The position numbers and the translations under genes were made by a program. Under the pieces are notes generated by a model. It ran no database searches, was not told the DNA's origin, and saw only the letters and a list, made by a program, of their open reading frames with translations. Shown here piece after piece: positions 48,129-57,855 of a stretch of DNA of 64,000 nt. The first letter of the stretch is position 1. Each line of letters starts with the position of its first letter. This DNA comes from Candidatus Moranbacteria bacterium CG10_big_fil_rev_8_21_14_0_10_35_21 (GTDB lineage: Bacteria; Patescibacteriota; Minisyncoccia; Moranbacterales; UBA2206): contig PFCG01000018.1 of assembly GCA_002773095.1 (NCBI GenBank), positions 25,008 through 89,007 on the forward strand, written 5' to 3'.

Positions 48129-48192
48129 TGTCGGCTGACAGGGCGAACCCCAATAAACAGAACTCCGCCAAAGGCGGACAGGCGCCATCTGC
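48104..48192 (-). pseudogene. 3' fragment of a tRNA (Gln-like) disrupted by two hairpin insertions
   Basis: Minus strand reads GCAGA-T[insert]GT-TCTGT (anticodon arm), TTAT, TGGGG-TTCG[insert]AAT-CCTAG (T arm), TCTGGGA-A. No D arm or 5' acceptor strand. Confidence 0.45.
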
Positions 48193-48383
48193 TTTTATAT
48201 TTTGTTGACCACTCGGGTCTAGAACTTTATTTAATCAAGCCGTTGAAGGCTTTCTTGGATACTTTTGAGTATAGGCTCCGGAGGCCTCTAGGTCAAGGTA
48301 AATTCGGGCAAAACAAGACAAATGAGACACAGGACAGCCCATGTCTCATTTTAGCGAATAAGACAGTTCAATGTCTTATTGAG

Positions 48384-49859
48384 TTACCAGCCGCATCCCA
48401 ACCTCGGTGCCGGAGGCCCAGCTATCAAGACTCCCGGCGTTGCATGGCGGTTCTTTTCAATTGTTTTGAGGATCAGTATAGAGAATGAATCTGCTAGATC
48501 GTCATGCTTCTCTTTCCCGAAACCAACCAACTGTTCGATGAGCGCGTCTGCCCCCTGTCTTGGAAAAACAATTTGTCCCGACTGAATAAGGTTTGTTGTT
48601 AGATATAAACGCGACCGCTTGTCTGATCCGTGAGGCTTGAATCCTTCCGCCTTAATGCCCATAGCATCAAGTTGCTGGATAACCGAAGATTGGTATCCGA
48701 CCTCTTCAACATAAATACGGGAAGAAAATCCGCTGTTTACAAATGTTTCGTGAATGGATTTTATGCGATTTACTGTACCATGAAATTTAAGCTTCTCGTT
48801 AACAGGATTAGGTAAGATGTAAATTTTGATGTTTTCTCCTCTCCCATAAATGCAGGCCGAAACCATGGCGGTATAATCATGAGTAGCCCCTTGATAAACA
48901 GCCAAATCAACTGACGTTGCTACATACCTCAAATTTTCTTTCCACGGAGAGCCGTCATAATAAGATAGCATCTCGTGGAAAATCAGTTGATCGTCTTCCG
49001 GAACGATTCGGAGCATATATTCGCGTTGCCAGGCGTTCTCATTGGGGACAGTGAGTTTTAATTTATCTATATCCTCCATGCTTTTGAATTTCTCAGGCCA
49101 AAGAATCTCACCCTCTTCATTGACCAATGGATACTTCCGGTATATTCCGTTAAGTTTGCCATTTTCAATACACTCTTTGAGACGCATGAGCAAAGAGTCT
49201 TCGTGAAGCAAATTTCCAACAACGATAATCTTGGTGTTGTTGTCTCCGGTAGGAATGACCTCGCCAGTAAACCAATCATAAGTTTTATTGCGGCCTTCTC
49301 TTGTTTTTACAGAAGAAAGATCTTCCACATCATCGCAGATTATCAAATCAGGGCGGTAAGATCCATGACGAATACCCCGAATGCTCTGTTCGCTGGAAGC
49401 AACCGTAATTCTGGCATCGTGCTTCGGAATAACAATAGAAGTGGAACCCCATTCATTATTTTTTTCCTCAAAAGGGCCCATTTCTTGTTTGAGAAGATGA
49501 TTATTTTCAAGCTCCCGGCGAATATTGGCCAAGTGGAGTTTGGCCTGAGATTGAGTCTGGCTCAAAATCAAAACGAAATGCTTCTGTGGTTTTCCTACGA
49601 TCGCCCAAAGAGGATATGACAAAGTAACCAGCGTTGATTTAGCTGATCCTCGGAAAGCTTCAATTATCGCCATTCCTACATCATCATTTTCGGTAATCGC
49701 GAGTATATCTTTTTGAAACTCAGCTGTTCCATATTTGATATATGGAGCTAGATATACCGGGAAAAACCATTGATGACTCTGCCTTGTAACTGCGACTCGG
49801 ACACGCTTGTCTTTAACTAACTGTTGAAGAATCTGGCTCTGTGATTTTTTTACTGTCAT
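48384..49859 (-). CDS. Phage terminase large subunit
   Basis: Walker A FRGSAKST, Walker B LIICDDVE, VVGNLLHEDSL; nuclease-domain SVDLA and HDDLADS. Confidence 0.88.
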   Translation of the reverse strand: MTVKKSQSQILQQLVKDKRVRVAVTRQSHQWFFPVYLAPYIKYGTAEFQKDILAITENDDVGMAIIEAFRGSAKSTLVTLSYPLWAIVGKPQKHFVLILSQTQSQAKLHLANIRRELENNHLLKQEMGPFEEKNNEWGSTSIVIPKHDARITVASSEQSIRGIRHGSYRPDLIICDDVEDLSSVKTREGRNKTYDWFTGEVIPTGDNNTKIIVVGNLLHEDSLLMRLKECIENGKLNGIYRKYPLVNEEGEILWPEKFKSMEDIDKLKLTVPNENAWQREYMLRIVPEDDQLIFHEMLSYYDGSPWKENLRYVATSVDLAVYQGATHDYTAMVSACIYGRGENIKIYILPNPVNEKLKFHGTVNRIKSIHETFVNSGFSSRIYVEEVGYQSSVIQQLDAMGIKAEGFKPHGSDKRSRLYLTTNLIQSGQIVFPRQGADALIEQLVGFGKEKHDDLADSFSILILKTIEKNRHATPGVLIAGPPAPRLGCGW

Positions 49860-50274
49860 CGTTGTGTTTCTGAACAGATGCAAGTCGCAGCGCCTCACTA
49901 ATAACCTTTTTCTGTTCAGCTGTTAATTCCTGATTATCACTCCTATCTCTTTCCAAAACTTCAACTTTATTCGTATAGGCTTTATGGCGATTTTGGAGCC
50001 AGAACCGGACTGCTGAAAAGTTATTATTTTTGATAGCAGTAATAAGTTGTGATTCCGATAAATCATTGACCATCAGGACACCATCTGCAATTGCCTCATC
50101 AGCATCACTCACAAATTTTTTATCCTCGTTTCGCCAACGGTAATAGGTCGCCCGGCTTATGCCGGCTTTTTGACAGGCCACCTGGACAATAGGCAGTTTG
50201 GCTAACTGTTCCAATACTGCTTTCTTGTCTTCAGCTATCCGTTTTTTGGTTGTTGTGTTATTTCTCTTGCTCAT
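49813..50274 (-). CDS. HTH protein, probable terminase small subunit
   Basis: IVQVACQKAGISRATYYRWR HTH and SAVRFWL; immediately upstream of the large subunit. Confidence 0.75.
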   Translation of the reverse strand: MSKRNNTTTKKRIAEDKKAVLEQLAKLPIVQVACQKAGISRATYYRWRNEDKKFVSDADEAIADGVLMVNDLSESQLITAIKNNNFSAVRFWLQNRHKAYTNKVEVLERDRSDNQELTAEQKKVISEALRLASVQKHNDDSKKITEPDSSTVS

Positions 50275-51049
50275 CTTTTTGTGTATTAGTTTCTAATCTC
50301 TCGGCCTTCACTCCTGACATTTTTTCGAAACGATCAATAATTGTCTGACAATATTCCGGATCAAGCTCAACCATAAAACAGCTTCGCTTGGTCTGCTCGC
50401 ACGCCAAAAGCGTTTGACCCGATCCGCCGAATCCGTCAAAAACCACATCTCCGATTTTTGAACTATTGAGAATAATTCTGCGCAATAATCCAAGTGGCTT
50501 CATCGTAGGATGAGCTTTGCTTTTACTAGGTCGAGGGAAAATTAAAACGCTTTTATCCTTAGATCGCAAGAAATCGTGCTGACCAAACCAACCGTAGGCA
50601 ATCAGCTCATGTTGCGGTAAATAATCCATTCGACCGATGATGCTGTGGTTTTTGACCCAGATAATAAGCTGAGTGAATTTGAAGCCGGCTTTTTCCATTC
50701 CGATTTTCAGCGCGAATATCATCTTGTCTGAATTGAAAATGTAAACGGAATTTTTGCGCTCAAGAAATGGTTTAATGGCTTCCAGCGAATCAGCGGTGAA
50801 CTGGATATATTCCTCTTCGCTTTGCAGGTGATCATTGGCGATCGGTTTCCGTTTGGTTTTCGAAGAAGTAAAACCCTCCTTTCCTTCTACTACTGCAATT
50901 GCATAGGGCGGATCCTGACACAAAAGTTTAGCTTTTTCTTTTTCAAAGAGTCTGACTATCAGTTTTTTGTCTCGACAGTCTCCGCAGGCCAGGCGATGGT
51001 TTCCTAAGAGAAACACATCGCCAATTTGAATTGAATTTTCTTTAGTCAT
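50258..51049 (-). CDS. N6/N4 DNA methyltransferase (beta class)
   Basis: DPPY precedes HPTMKP and DGFGGSGQT. Confidence 0.9.
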   Translation of the reverse strand: MTKENSIQIGDVFLLGNHRLACGDCRDKKLIVRLFEKEKAKLLCQDPPYAIAVVEGKEGFTSSKTKRKPIANDHLQSEEEYIQFTADSLEAIKPFLERKNSVYIFNSDKMIFALKIGMEKAGFKFTQLIIWVKNHSIIGRMDYLPQHELIAYGWFGQHDFLRSKDKSVLIFPRPSKSKAHPTMKPLGLLRRIILNSSKIGDVVFDGFGGSGQTLLACEQTKRSCFMVELDPEYCQTIIDRFEKMSGVKAERLETNTQKDEQEK

Positions 51050-52334
51050 TATTTTTTATATTACTGATTAGTTTCGCGCTCTTTCCACTTAAACTCTCAT
51101 ACCTTTTGATAATCACCTCGCAAAAAACCGGGTCCAGTTCGGCCATAAAACAGCGTCTTTTCATCTGCTCGCAGGCGATGAGGACAGACCCCGATCCGCC
51201 GAACAAATCCAAAACGGTATCGCCTGGCTTGGTGCAGCGGCGGAGTGGCTTTTCACTTAATGTGACGGGTTTTTCGGTGGGATGGGTGTAGCTGGCGGTC
51301 GGCAATCTTTTGACTAACCAAATATCAATAATATCCAAAATGTCCTCCGACAATCTGTTGCCGCTCGTCGTTTCTTTGTTGAGAATCTCATTAAGATTGG
51401 TAACTCGCGAAGAAATGTAAGGTTTTCCGCGCGTAGCATAGACACAAGGTTCATATGCCTTATTAAACGCTATTTGCGGAGTGACATTTTGGTTATTTTT
51501 AATCCACAAGCAGACTCGCTTTGAATCCAGCCCGAGTTCGGCGTAAATACTTTGGAGCGTGCCAATGTATCGCTGATCGCACCAATAAAAAACATGGCAA
51601 TCATTTTCAGAGACCGCCAGCGCGTTTTCCATAGTGGCTTTCAAAAAGTTTCGGTATTCTGTTTCGGTTTTCTTGTCATTGGCCGTTCCTCCGTATTTTC
51701 CATTTTTTCCAAGTCCGGAATCGTAATCATATCCAATATTGTATACTGGATCGCAGGCGATCATATCAATCTTTTCTTTTCCGACAAGTTTTTTAACTGT
51801 TGCTGGATCGGTGGAGTCCCCGCAAATTAAGTGATGACTTCCAAGTTCGTAGAGATCGCCAAGTTTTACTTTTGGTTCCTTGATTTCAGCAACTGCTTTT
51901 TCAAGATCAAAATCATCTTGTTCTGTCTCTAAATTATCATCCCATATATTAGACAGATCACCGTCATCGAAGCCCACATTCAACAGCAAATCCAGATCGA
52001 ACTCTTTCAAAAGTTCATAGTCCCATTCGCCAGTATTGCGATTTAAGCGCAAATTGAGTTCCTTCTCCTTTTCTATGTTCGGTATGTTTACATAGACTAC
52101 CGGAACCTCCTTGAGTTTGAGTTTTCTGGCTGTAGCCAAACGGAAATTACCGCCGATCACGATATTTATTCTTTTGGGCGCACTATTAACGATAATTGGA
52201 TCGACCATCCCATACTCGTTTACGCTTTCCTCTAGATGTTGTGCGGCCGCTTCATCCCACTTCCGGGGATTGTATTCGGGCGCTTTTAAAGAATCGACTT
52301 TGACGAAAGTGATTCTTAATTTTTCCTTCTCCAT
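51042..52334 (-). CDS. ParB-like N-terminal domain fused to an N6/N4 DNA methyltransferase
   Basis: YNPRKW...GMVDPIIVN...IGGNFRL (ParB/Srx fold); DPVY, HPTEKP and DLFGGSGS. Confidence 0.88.
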   Translation of the reverse strand: MEKEKLRITFVKVDSLKAPEYNPRKWDEAAAQHLEESVNEYGMVDPIIVNSAPKRINIVIGGNFRLATARKLKLKEVPVVYVNIPNIEKEKELNLRLNRNTGEWDYELLKEFDLDLLLNVGFDDGDLSNIWDDNLETEQDDFDLEKAVAEIKEPKVKLGDLYELGSHHLICGDSTDPATVKKLVGKEKIDMIACDPVYNIGYDYDSGLGKNGKYGGTANDKKTETEYRNFLKATMENALAVSENDCHVFYWCDQRYIGTLQSIYAELGLDSKRVCLWIKNNQNVTPQIAFNKAYEPCVYATRGKPYISSRVTNLNEILNKETTSGNRLSEDILDIIDIWLVKRLPTASYTHPTEKPVTLSEKPLRRCTKPGDTVLDLFGGSGSVLIACEQMKRRCFMAELDPVFCEVIIKRYESLSGKSAKLISNIKNND

Positions 52335-52696
52335 TATTTTGGTCGGAGAAAAGAACTAAAGATTTTGAATTTCAGATTAAAGTAAAGAAGCTGTTTTATT
52401 CCCCAACAAAACAAAAAAGATCCCGCAGTAACCATTTAATCTTAAGCTCTTTCTCTCGAAAGATTAAAACTTAAGCTCTTGCCTTGTTATGGTTATTATA
52501 TGGATCTAATATGATGTAAATTTGATATTCTATTTTCTAATTTTTTCTGATATTTTTTCTATACCATTATTATGCTCTTTTTTAAGAATATGTCAAACTC
52601 GAGATTTTATGGGGCTTTCAAGGGCTTTTCAGGGGCTTAAGTTATCAACTGTTTGAGCCTGGACTAGTTTTGGGGGTTGCGTCATTCCTTAGATAT

Positions 52697-54059
52697 ATGG
52701 ATAACACAACAAACCAACAACTAAAAGAAACCGGCCAAGGCGTCCAAGTAGTTGCGGAACCGGCCAAAATTAAATACTGCTTATATGCCCGGAAAAGCAC
52801 AGAGTCTGAAGAACGGCAGGTGCTTTCCATAGACTCACAAATCAAAGAAATGCTTCAGATTGCCGAGCGGGATGGGCTGGATATCGTGGAAATGCGGCGC
52901 GAAAGTCATTCAGCCAAAAACTCCAACGAGCGTCCAGTCTTCAATAGTATTATCAAAGACATTCAAGGCGGAAAGTTCAATGGCATTATGACTTGGGCGC
53001 CGGATCGGTTGAGTCGCAATGCTGGCGACCTCGGAGCGCTGGTTGATCTCATGGATCAAAAACTGTTGATTAAAATCCGAACCTTCGGCCAACAATTCAC
53101 CAATTCACCCAATGAAAAATTTCTGCTGATGATTTTAGGATCGCAAGCCAAACTGGAAAATGACAACCGAAGCGTCAATGTGAAGCGTGGTCTTCGGACA
53201 AGAGTAGAAATGGGACTTTGGCCGGGAGTAGCGCCGACCGGATATCTTAATGAAAAAATGACGGATCGCAAATGCCAAGTGATTGTTGATCCAGATCCGC
53301 GCGCCAATCATTCGTCAGGTGTTTGAAAAAGTCGCCTACGAACAATGGAGCGGACGAAAGTTATATCACTGGCTAAAATTCGAAATCCACTTCACGACCA
53401 GATATGGAAAACCGTTGGCGCTGAGCAATATCTATCGAATGTTGCAAAGACCATTCTATCATGGCGTGTATGAATATCCGGAAGAAAGCGGACACTGGTA
53501 TACCGGGAAACATAAACCGATCATTACCAAAGAATTATTTGACAAAGTTCAGGAACAATTGAATCGCGATCAGATCGTGCGGGAAAATAGAGAATTCGCT
53601 TTCACTAAGATGATTACTTGTGGACTATGCGGATCAGGCGTGACCGCTCAGGAAAAATACAAGAAACAGAAAAATGGTAATGTCCACCGCTACATTTATT
53701 ATGGATGCACCTGGGCCAAGGATCTGAATTGCAAATGCGGATATCTTCGCGAGGACGCGCTGATTGAAAGTCTAATAAATCTGATTGATAAAATCGATCT
53801 AAATGAATTGGGGCTGAAAAATAAGTTTCATGATGAAGTGATGAGATATAACCGGTTTCAAAGAAATGTACTGAAAAGACCGGGCAATGAAAAATCGGAA
53901 AGCGATATTGATCTCAGAGTCTACGCCAAATATATTCTCAAGGAAGGAAGCATGGTGGAAAAGCGCGAACTGCTATCGTGCCTGCGAAGCCGATTGATAT
54001 TCAAGGATAAGGCACTAACACTGGAAAAAGCTGAAAATATCGACTCGAGGACTGCTTAA
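52697..54059 (+). pseudogene. Large serine recombinase with a +1 frameshift near 53295
   Basis: YARKST catalytic motif, DRLSRN and APTGY; the second ORF supplies the recombinase domain and zinc ribbon (CGLCG...YYGC...C). Removing one base in gatccagatccgcgcg fuses the two ORFs. Confidence 0.85.
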
Positions 54060-54137
54060 TGGTATTATAAGGATATAGAAAATAATCCAAATTAAATAAA
54101 CTTAGACATTCTGATTAATTTTTTTTAGCATTAGTTT

Positions 54138-54971
54138 ATGAGTAAAAAGATTTTAGTTTTTTCATTATCTTTCGCCGCTATCCTTTTGGTTTGGTATTTT
54201 TTATTTGATAAGGCTCCCCTACAAGGGGATTGGCAAGAGCAATTGGCAGTTATTTCTACAGCTGAGTTTAATGGTGATTTGGTGATGGTTAAAAATGTGC
54301 GAAACTTTCGCTATTATCCGACTGAAGCGGATATACATCCGGCCTATTATGACAAAACTTATGACCTTACCCAGATAAAAAAAGTCTGGTATGTGACTGA
54401 GCCTTTTAATGAAAATACAGTAGCGGCTCACACTTTCGTTTCTTTTGAATTCAATAACGGCGATTTCCTGTCGATTAGCATCGAAGCCCGCAAAACCAAG
54501 GGTCAAAAGTATAGCACTTGGAAAGGGATGCTTCACTCTTATCCGCTGGTTTATATTGCCGCGGATGAACGGGATGTTGTCTTGATGCGAGCCAATATGC
54601 GGAAAGACAAAGTATATGTTTATCCGGCGAAATTGGAAAAACCGGAAAACGCCCGATTGTTGTTTGTAGATATGCTCCAGCGAATGAATGAGTTAACTAC
54701 AATTGATCCGACTTGGTATAACACTCTTTTTGCCAACTGCACTTCCAGTATTGCTGATCATGTGAACAAACTCACCCCTGGACGCATCTCTATTTTTTCT
54801 TGGCAATTGTGGCTTACCGCTTCTGCAGATGAGTTGGCTTTACAACGGGGACTTTTAGATACCAATCTTCCTATTGAACAAGCTAGAGAAAGGTTTTCTA
54901 TTAATGAACTATCGGAAAAAATTGGAGACACTACTAACTATTCCAATGAAATTCGAAGAAAATCAAAGTGA
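54138..54971 (+). CDS. DUF4105 protein (Lnb N-terminal-like, His/Cys putative acyltransferase or hydrolase)
   Basis: NVRNF, AHTFVSFEF, SIEARK and YNTLFANCT motifs; N-terminal TM helix. Confidence 0.8.
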   Translation: MSKKILVFSLSFAAILLVWYFLFDKAPLQGDWQEQLAVISTAEFNGDLVMVKNVRNFRYYPTEADIHPAYYDKTYDLTQIKKVWYVTEPFNENTVAAHTFVSFEFNNGDFLSISIEARKTKGQKYSTWKGMLHSYPLVYIAADERDVVLMRANMRKDKVYVYPAKLEKPENARLLFVDMLQRMNELTTIDPTWYNTLFANCTSSIADHVNKLTPGRISIFSWQLWLTASADELALQRGLLDTNLPIEQARERFSINELSEKIGDTTNYSNEIRRKSK

Positions 54972-56158
54972 TGTCAACGAATGATACACTGCATATAATA
55001 ACCGGAGCTACAGGATTTTTAGGCAGAAGTCTAGTAAATAGATTATTAGATGACGGAGAAAAAATTTGCATTCTCATTAGAAATAATGGGGATGATTTTA
55101 AAACGAGGGCGGAAGTTATATTTCCCGGCTATGTTGTTAAATACGGCAATCGATTTAAAGTGATCAATGGTGATATAGTGAAAGAAAATCTAGGCATCAG
55201 CACCGAATTTTTGGAGGAGATCAAAAATGCAAAAATCAATCTCTGGCATCTTGCGGCAAATCTTTCTTTCAAGTGTGAACATAAAGAACAAATTTATCAG
55301 GACAATGTAAGAGGTGCTAAAAATGTTGTTAATCTTGTGAATACACTTAGCCCGGAATCGACTTTGTATTACACGAGCACTGCATATATATGTGGCTCAA
55401 AAAATAAGAAATGTAGCGAAGACGAAACAGATAGGGGGCAGATGCCGAGAAATTTGTATGAAAAGACAAAGCTTATCGCAGAAAAAATAATCAAAGATAA
55501 TTGCAAGAGAAAGCATATTGTTTTCCGTCCATCCATTATCATTGGGGATGCTTATGAGGGAAAAGCGGTAGGTTGCACGTTTGGATACTACAGGTTTACT
55601 TATGTATTTTATATTTTTAAGAAGTGGGCAATTGCCAAACTTCGTTATGGTGGCTTTTGGAAAAAGATACTGGAATTATTCGGAGCCGTCTATGAATCAA
55701 AAATAGACAAGCTTAAATTTAGCCGTTTAGCCCTTCCTTTTCCTAAAAATAGCCAGGTCAATCTAATACCGATTGATTTCGTGATAGATTCAATGGTAAA
55801 GATTTCCAAAGAGTGTCAAGGAAATAAAACTTTTCATATCGTGAACATTAATCCACCAAGCTTTATTTTTTTGTTCAGGGAGCTTCTGGATGATTTGGGA
55901 ATGAAAGGAATAAAATTAATCCCGGTTAATCCAGCTGTTTTTAATGGGATAATTAAGGTATGTTATTTTATCTTTGTTCCTCTTCGCAAATATTTTGAAT
56001 CAGCAATCAAATATAAACCATATATCACTATGAGATATGAGTTTAGCACTGACAATATGAGAACATTGGAATTAACCCCAACCGACATTTCAAGGGAGGA
56101 CATCAAAAGAATCAACAAATACGCTATCGATAGTATCTTCCCCAATATTAAGAGCTAG
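54968..56158 (+). CDS. Extended SDR, fatty-acyl/thioester reductase-like (NAD_binding_4)
   Basis: ITGATGFLG, HLAA, STAYICG, YEKTK and RPSIIIG motifs. Confidence 0.8.
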   Translation: MMSTNDTLHIITGATGFLGRSLVNRLLDDGEKICILIRNNGDDFKTRAEVIFPGYVVKYGNRFKVINGDIVKENLGISTEFLEEIKNAKINLWHLAANLSFKCEHKEQIYQDNVRGAKNVVNLVNTLSPESTLYYTSTAYICGSKNKKCSEDETDRGQMPRNLYEKTKLIAEKIIKDNCKRKHIVFRPSIIIGDAYEGKAVGCTFGYYRFTYVFYIFKKWAIAKLRYGGFWKKILELFGAVYESKIDKLKFSRLALPFPKNSQVNLIPIDFVIDSMVKISKECQGNKTFHIVNINPPSFIFLFRELLDDLGMKGIKLIPVNPAVFNGIIKVCYFIFVPLRKYFESAIKYKPYITMRYEFSTDNMRTLELTPTDISREDIKRINKYAIDSIFPNIKS

Positions 56159-56164
56159 AATCAT

Positions 56165-56737
56165 ATGGATTATATTTTGCAATGTTTATTGATTGCATCG
56201 CCCGTGCTTTTGGCGGGCATTGCTTTTATAATCTTTCTGAAGAAAGACTATTTTAGCTGGCTAAAAACTCCAGTGGATTTTGGAATGAAATTCAGGGGGA
56301 AGAGATTGCTCGGAGAAAACAAAACTTTGAGGGGCTTTGTCATCATGCCCCTGGCTACTTGGATTGCGGTGATTATGATCGGTTATTTAATGAAGTTTTT
56401 TAATTTTGAAAGTGGTAAGGCGTTATTTGATTATAGTTTGAGCGGTAGCTATAAAGCGCTAGCTTATGGAATGGCGTATCCGCTGGGAGAGCTGCCCAAT
56501 TCGTTTATCAAGAGGCAACTAAACATAAACCCGGGAGAAAGAGCTCACGGAGATTTGGCAAGAGTTTTTTTCAATTTTTTGGACAAGACAGACTCGCTAC
56601 TGATGTGCGGGATAGCAGTTTTCTTGCTTTACGGAATAAGTGCAAACTATATCCTTGGAGCAATTATTTTAGGCCTATTGTTTCATTATCTGACTGATTT
56701 TTTGATGTTAAAACAAGGCCTAAAGAAGGAAGTTTAA
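56165..56737 (+). CDS. CDP-archaeol synthase (CarS/DUF46) family
   Basis: PVDFG...GKRLLGENKTLRG, GELPNSFIKRQL...PG and LDKTDS motifs. Confidence 0.82.
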   Translation: MDYILQCLLIASPVLLAGIAFIIFLKKDYFSWLKTPVDFGMKFRGKRLLGENKTLRGFVIMPLATWIAVIMIGYLMKFFNFESGKALFDYSLSGSYKALAYGMAYPLGELPNSFIKRQLNINPGERAHGDLARVFFNFLDKTDSLLMCGIAVFLLYGISANYILGAIILGLLFHYLTDFLMLKQGLKKEV

Positions 56738-57337
56738 AAGAAGGGCGGTAGAAACCGGAACGGTTAAGTTATCGGTTCCAAAATACGAATAATGTTCAAT
56801 GACAGAAACAACCATCGAAATGAGAATAATTTTAAACAAAGCTAGGGCGATCAGCTGATTATAAAAAATAGCATAGCTTGCAAGAACCGCAGTTGCTGTG
56901 ATAAGAAAAACTATAATACTTCCTTTCAGGGAGTTTTTATTATGCTTGAGATTGTAGAGTCCGGATATTCCATCTGCGAATCCCATTACGGCGATCGAGC
57001 TTATCATCACAAATGCATCTTCATAGAAGAAAGACGCAAGAATAATAAGGGAGAACGGATATAATATTTCTCCAATCGTTTTGCGTTTTTCCAGATGAAC
57101 AGATTTAAGAAAATTTGTCAGATATGAGATGATAAACAGGGCAGTAAAAAGAGAGGTTGCCAAAATAAACTCACTCTTAGACAGAAAGAAATAAAAAAAC
57201 ATTACAAGTATGGCACTTCCAATATGGGCAGTCTTGCGAGTGATTTCGCGCGAGATGCTTGTCTTTCTCTTTGTCCACTCTATGGCAAAATAGAAGCATG
57301 CGAATGACAGTATGGTAATTAAGGTTATTTGCGACAT
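56720..57337 (-). CDS. SEC59/DGK1/VTE5 family CTP-dependent polyprenol (phytol/dolichol) kinase
   Basis: EITRKTAH, GFADGISGL, NSLKGS and DNLTVP motifs; polytopic. Confidence 0.8.
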   Translation of the reverse strand: MSQITLITILSFACFYFAIEWTKRKTSISREITRKTAHIGSAILVMFFYFFLSKSEFILATSLFTALFIISYLTNFLKSVHLEKRKTIGEILYPFSLIILASFFYEDAFVMISSIAVMGFADGISGLYNLKHNKNSLKGSIIVFLITATAVLASYAIFYNQLIALALFKIILISMVVSVIEHYSYFGTDNLTVPVSTALLLNFLL

Positions 57338-57855
57338 TCTTTTTTGAGGAGGATTAATTTTGAATTCTTTTTGTGTCTGAAAACTTCTTTTAGTCGGTGC
57401 AATTTAAAGCGTTGTTTTAGAAAGTTTATTTTTTCTCGGTAATTGAGGTAGCTTAAGCTAGTCTCTTTAAAACCATGAAGTTCTAGGATAGTTTTTATAT
57501 TCTCCAAAAAAGTAGCGGCAAAATAATTGTTCGCGGTATTTTTGGTGGCGTGTTCTATTAAAAGGGAGGATAAATTATTCTTCCTAAATTGGGGCTTAAC
57601 ATACAGTCCGTTAATTTCAATTATAGCATTACTTAACTTGTGGGAGATTAGGAATCCGGCCAGCGTGTTTTCTATAAACAAACAATTAATCATATCGTTT
57701 TCTAATAGTTTTTTAATTTCGTTCATTTTTCGAAAGGAGAGATTTTTTTCTCCCTTGATCAAATAATATATTTCGTTAGCAACAGAGACAATGCTGAGTC
57801 TATCAGTAAAGCTATTCTGAATGGTTATTTGTTTAAATTTATCACTGCTAAACAT
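57325..57855 (-). CDS. GNAT family acyltransferase
   Basis: EINGLYVKPQFRKNNLSSLLI (motif A). Start uncertain. Confidence 0.7.
   Translation of the reverse strand: MFSSDKFKQITIQNSFTDRLSIVSVANEIYYLIKGEKNLSFRKMNEIKKLLENDMINCLFIENTLAGFLISHKLSNAIIEINGLYVKPQFRKNNLSSLLIEHATKNTANNYFAATFLENIKTILELHGFKETSLSYLNYREKINFLKQRFKLHRLKEVFRHKKNSKLILLKKECRK

Noticed and set aside
48104-48192. Intact intron-containing tRNA
   Set aside because: No D arm or 5' acceptor strand can be found upstream on the minus strand, the T stem is mismatched and the anticodon is unreadable.
47845-48488. ORFs 47845-48045 (-) and 48243-48488 (+) as an antitoxin or excisionase
   Set aside because: No recognisable motifs, atypical composition, and overlap with a promoter region or the terminase end.
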